NCBI GenBank assembly: GCA_051294905.1
Contig: CM119379.1
Span: 25,172,001 to 25,236,000, forward strand
Direction of reading: 5' to 3'
DNA from: Botryllus schlosseri
Lineage: Eukaryota
Length of the DNA stretch: 64,000 bases
Shown: piece after piece, positions 61,091 through 64,000 of the stretch
How positions within the stretch are numbered: the first letter of the stretch is position 1
Layout: every line of letters begins with the position of its first letter
Translations under genes and position numbers: made by a program
Notes under the pieces: model-generated
Told to the model about the DNA's origin: nothing
Databases searched by the model: none
The model's input: the letters and a program-made list of their open reading frames with translations, nothing else

Positions 61091-61933
61091 TATTCGGGGC
61101 AACGACCGCAGACAAGGCAACGACGCTCTCGTATCGCCAGACCGCATTGTTGCGTCACTATGCCACTCTGCATAACAATGGAGAATTCGAAGCTGATTAT
61201 GGGGGTTCCTGGGCCATGAGCGAAATAAAATTTACATTTTCGTAATCAGTACAGCGGCAGCTTTCGATTGATACTCGATTTACCAAATATGATGCTCGGT
61301 AAGTCGGCCAAAAACTACCGCCAAATTGCCTTTAGCCAAACGGAAAGTATGGCGTGGAACAATTTCACTGAGCCGTGAGATTTGCTTGAGTCCACACCGT
61401 ATAGGACACTATGGTATAACAGTAAGCACATGTCAAGCGAAGAAAGTCGGCAGCCATATACAACGCATAGAAATCGAGTCCACAGATGGATGGGGTAAAC
61501 GCGAGTGAGCACTTCACCCTGTAGATTATGAATACAACGGAGGCTTTGAATCCCGTGTTAGGAGCATGTTATTCGTGAGTAAAATATAATTTTTTATCAT
61601 CCACTATATATAATAGCATGAAGCTATAGCATGAAGCGCGGTCCGCCCTGCGAATAAGTAATATGACGCAAAACGGTAGCCTATTCTGTGTTGTAATTAC
61701 TGATGGCAGGGATTTTGATTTACCGCATTTTTTTAAATGTCTCTCGCGAAACGTATTTGTTTGCATGGTGTTCACTGTTCATGGTCTGCTTTGGGCCTAG
61801 CCAACGTCACGGAACTATTAAAAAGCCTAAAACTCGTGTAAGATCATTTATATATGAATTGGGAAAGCAAAGCTTTAAAACAAGATTCGTTAAAGTTTGA
61901 CAAGCGATATTTGTCCGTATTATAGAAGCTAGA

Positions 61934-62882
61934 CAGGGGTTCTCAGCCGCTCTTTGCCCGTGGCCCATTTTACGGTTTGAAAATGTTCTATGGCCCACCT
62001 CTTATCCTAGAGTCATAGTCCCGATCAGGGCGTAGTCATCGCTGGCGCCGATATGCCTATAGGCACTATAGTTCTCTAAAAATCTGCGCATTTTTCTCTT
62101 ACTGATCATTACAAATGTAGACCTTCAAAGTAATGAAATCGCACGAAGTGTGATGAAAATTTTCAAGTTGAATATATCTCCTACAAGAAACAAACGACCA
62201 AAGAGATTTGGGCCCCTTTGAGCTCCCCCCAATTGGGAGTTCTAGGTGCAGCAGGTACGGTCCTGGTAGACTTTTACACTATATACACAGTGATTTCAAG
62301 GCCGGAAATTTCAAACCGACTCCAAACATTAATGCACGCACTGCTCTAAATCCTCAATACATTACGATTCGTTACGGTGGTGCCGTATACTTCGATAGGA
62401 AGTTGAATTGATGATAAATTGCAATTATGGCTATTATTATATTACAATAATACGAACTGCCAAGGTACCGTAAATCTACATCAAATAGCCTACACTTCTG
62501 TCCGAGTTTAATGGACACCTCTTTCAACGGCATACGACCCTGCTGGAATACTTGGTCACTTCAGCACTATAACTTCAAGTTAATATATAATCGAAATTAT
62601 TTTCGTTGCAGTTAACCGTAGGTTGTCGTAGCCGGGGGATAAAAGCCTCCGTTTCCTCTCCCCTTTTCGAATTGTAGATTATGACTCCATACGTGCCATT
62701 ATACGTCCCATCAGAGTCGGATGAATAACTTAAGGTAGCCTACGTATAATGTGATAATATGAATATATTTTTGAGTGAATAACATAACAAATATACCAAA
62801 ATTTTCACTAGTTTTACAATATTCCAAATAGCTCTGTGGCCCACCTCAAATGCTGCTGTGCCCCACCCTTTGAGAACCCTTG
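61934..62882. mobile_element. Probable hAT non-autonomous element
   Basis: Ends CAGGGGTTCTCA / TGAGAACCCTTG with GTGGCCCA subterminal motifs; flanks AGCTAGA / GGCTAGAA (degenerate TSD). Confidence 0.55.
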
Positions 62883-63361
62883 GGCTAGAATATAGCAAAG
62901 TCGTATTTCTTTTGAAGGAAACCGAACAATCGTAATTAAGTTGGTGGTTTTCAACAGGACTTCAATAGAACAACGCATATCACATCTAATAACAAAATGG
63001 TGGCATTAAAGGATGTTTCCAAATGTTGAGTTGCATACTATATGTTGTAACTGCATTTTGATTTTAGAATATTATAAGGTTTCCCGGTCTGCAAATTTTT
63101 GTTTCGAAATTTCACCGTTCCGCAATCTGAAGACGGTTGAGCAACACTGACTTATAAATCACTTCGAGAATATCAAATATCACGTGGATAAATTAACTAT
63201 ACGGATGTAGTAAACTTGTACATGTACAGTTATGATAGATTGAAAAAATAGGAATACAAGTCTACGAACAATTGAAATCGTCGATATCGTTTCACTAACA
63301 AATTACAGGTGGTATGTTTTGGGTAATTCATCACGGAAATGCGTAACTAATGTTCTCTCGT

Positions 63362-63490
63362 TTACTCTCGCGATCATGCGATTACGTGCATCATCGCGAG
63401 AGTAAGTAGATATCGTCGATTGAATTAAAAGAAGGCATCCTCAATCAGCCAATAGGAACCGAGTCCCAACATTGTAAAAGGCGGGAAGAA
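63362..63490. promoter_or_regulatory. Candidate promoter: 13-bp inverted repeat, CCAAT box and E2F-like GGCGGGAA
   Basis: TTACTCTCGCGAT (63362-63374) / ATCGCGAGAGTAA (63393-63405); CCAAT at 63449; GGCGGGAA at 63480; no transcript evidence. Confidence 0.3.
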
Positions 63491-64000
63491 TTTTTCACGC
63501 CGCAATCCGAAGGGACGACGTTAGGTTAGATATCTCTATATTCGAGGGCTGTTTAGTGGCGATATTGATTCCAGATTGAGGATTAGTGTTGATGCGTCGT
63601 AAACTTATGACGACTGGCCTTTTGATCTGGTTATAACTATGTTTTAAATGGTAAATATCATAAAGAAGAGTTTGTGGATTTCATTTGTATGTCTTGACTG
63701 CTTAGTAGTTATGAGGGCCATCAGGAATCTACAAAAGCTTCTAATATATCTGGTGTTGATTTCAAACTGTTAGCCTATGCGAACACCCCCCACCAATTCT
63801 GAACTGAAATCACTTCGCAAAAATATGATATCGCGCAGCATGTGTATGTACATTGTACAATTCTACATAGAGCAGTTGCAGCATATGGATAAATAAGAAC
63901 ACCCAATGACCATGCTCCTACGTTGATTAAGTTTTGCCAAAATTGCCATAACGAAACATTCGAGGTAGACGCGTAGAACAAAGCATGGTCATTGGTCATG

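Larger units (their letters stand above)
59965..61420. mobile_element. Family J foldback MITE interrupted by a hammerhead-repeat fragment, a LINE and MITE F
   Basis: Left arm about 59965-60160 and right arm about 61090-61420 both match 31361-31962. Confidence 0.7.

Overview
Eukaryotic, intron-containing, AT-rich animal DNA, most consistent with an invertebrate chordate such as an ascidian (inferred from gene style and 59-66 nt introns; species not determined). Three host genes could be reconstructed by hand, all on the minus strand: RSU1 (7 coding exons, 11199-18701), an intronless Ral GTPase (20684-21325) about 2 kb upstream of RSU1, and a BIR-BIR-BIR-UBA-RING inhibitor of apoptosis (at least 12 coding exons, 33553-47958, 5' end unresolved). 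There is also an orphan 259-aa ORF (55172-55951). The rest is dominated by transposon debris: deeply nested hAT MITEs with 8-bp TSDs, a Harbinger MITE, palindromic Kolobok-like MITEs, L2/CR1-type LINE 3' ends, tRNA-derived SINEs and a split Penelope GIY-YIG remnant. The most notable signal is a dispersed family of minimal type I hammerhead-ribozyme motifs (about 9 copies, several in inverted pairs) with a predicted loop-II pseudoknot; one copy sits directly after the Penelope endonuclease ORF. Other leads are a possible Ral-RSU1 operon, a RHIM-like motif and a non-canonical BIR1 in the IAP, and an in-frame stop-free intron in its UBA domain. Coordinates were counted by hand; approximate repeat boundaries may be off by some bases.
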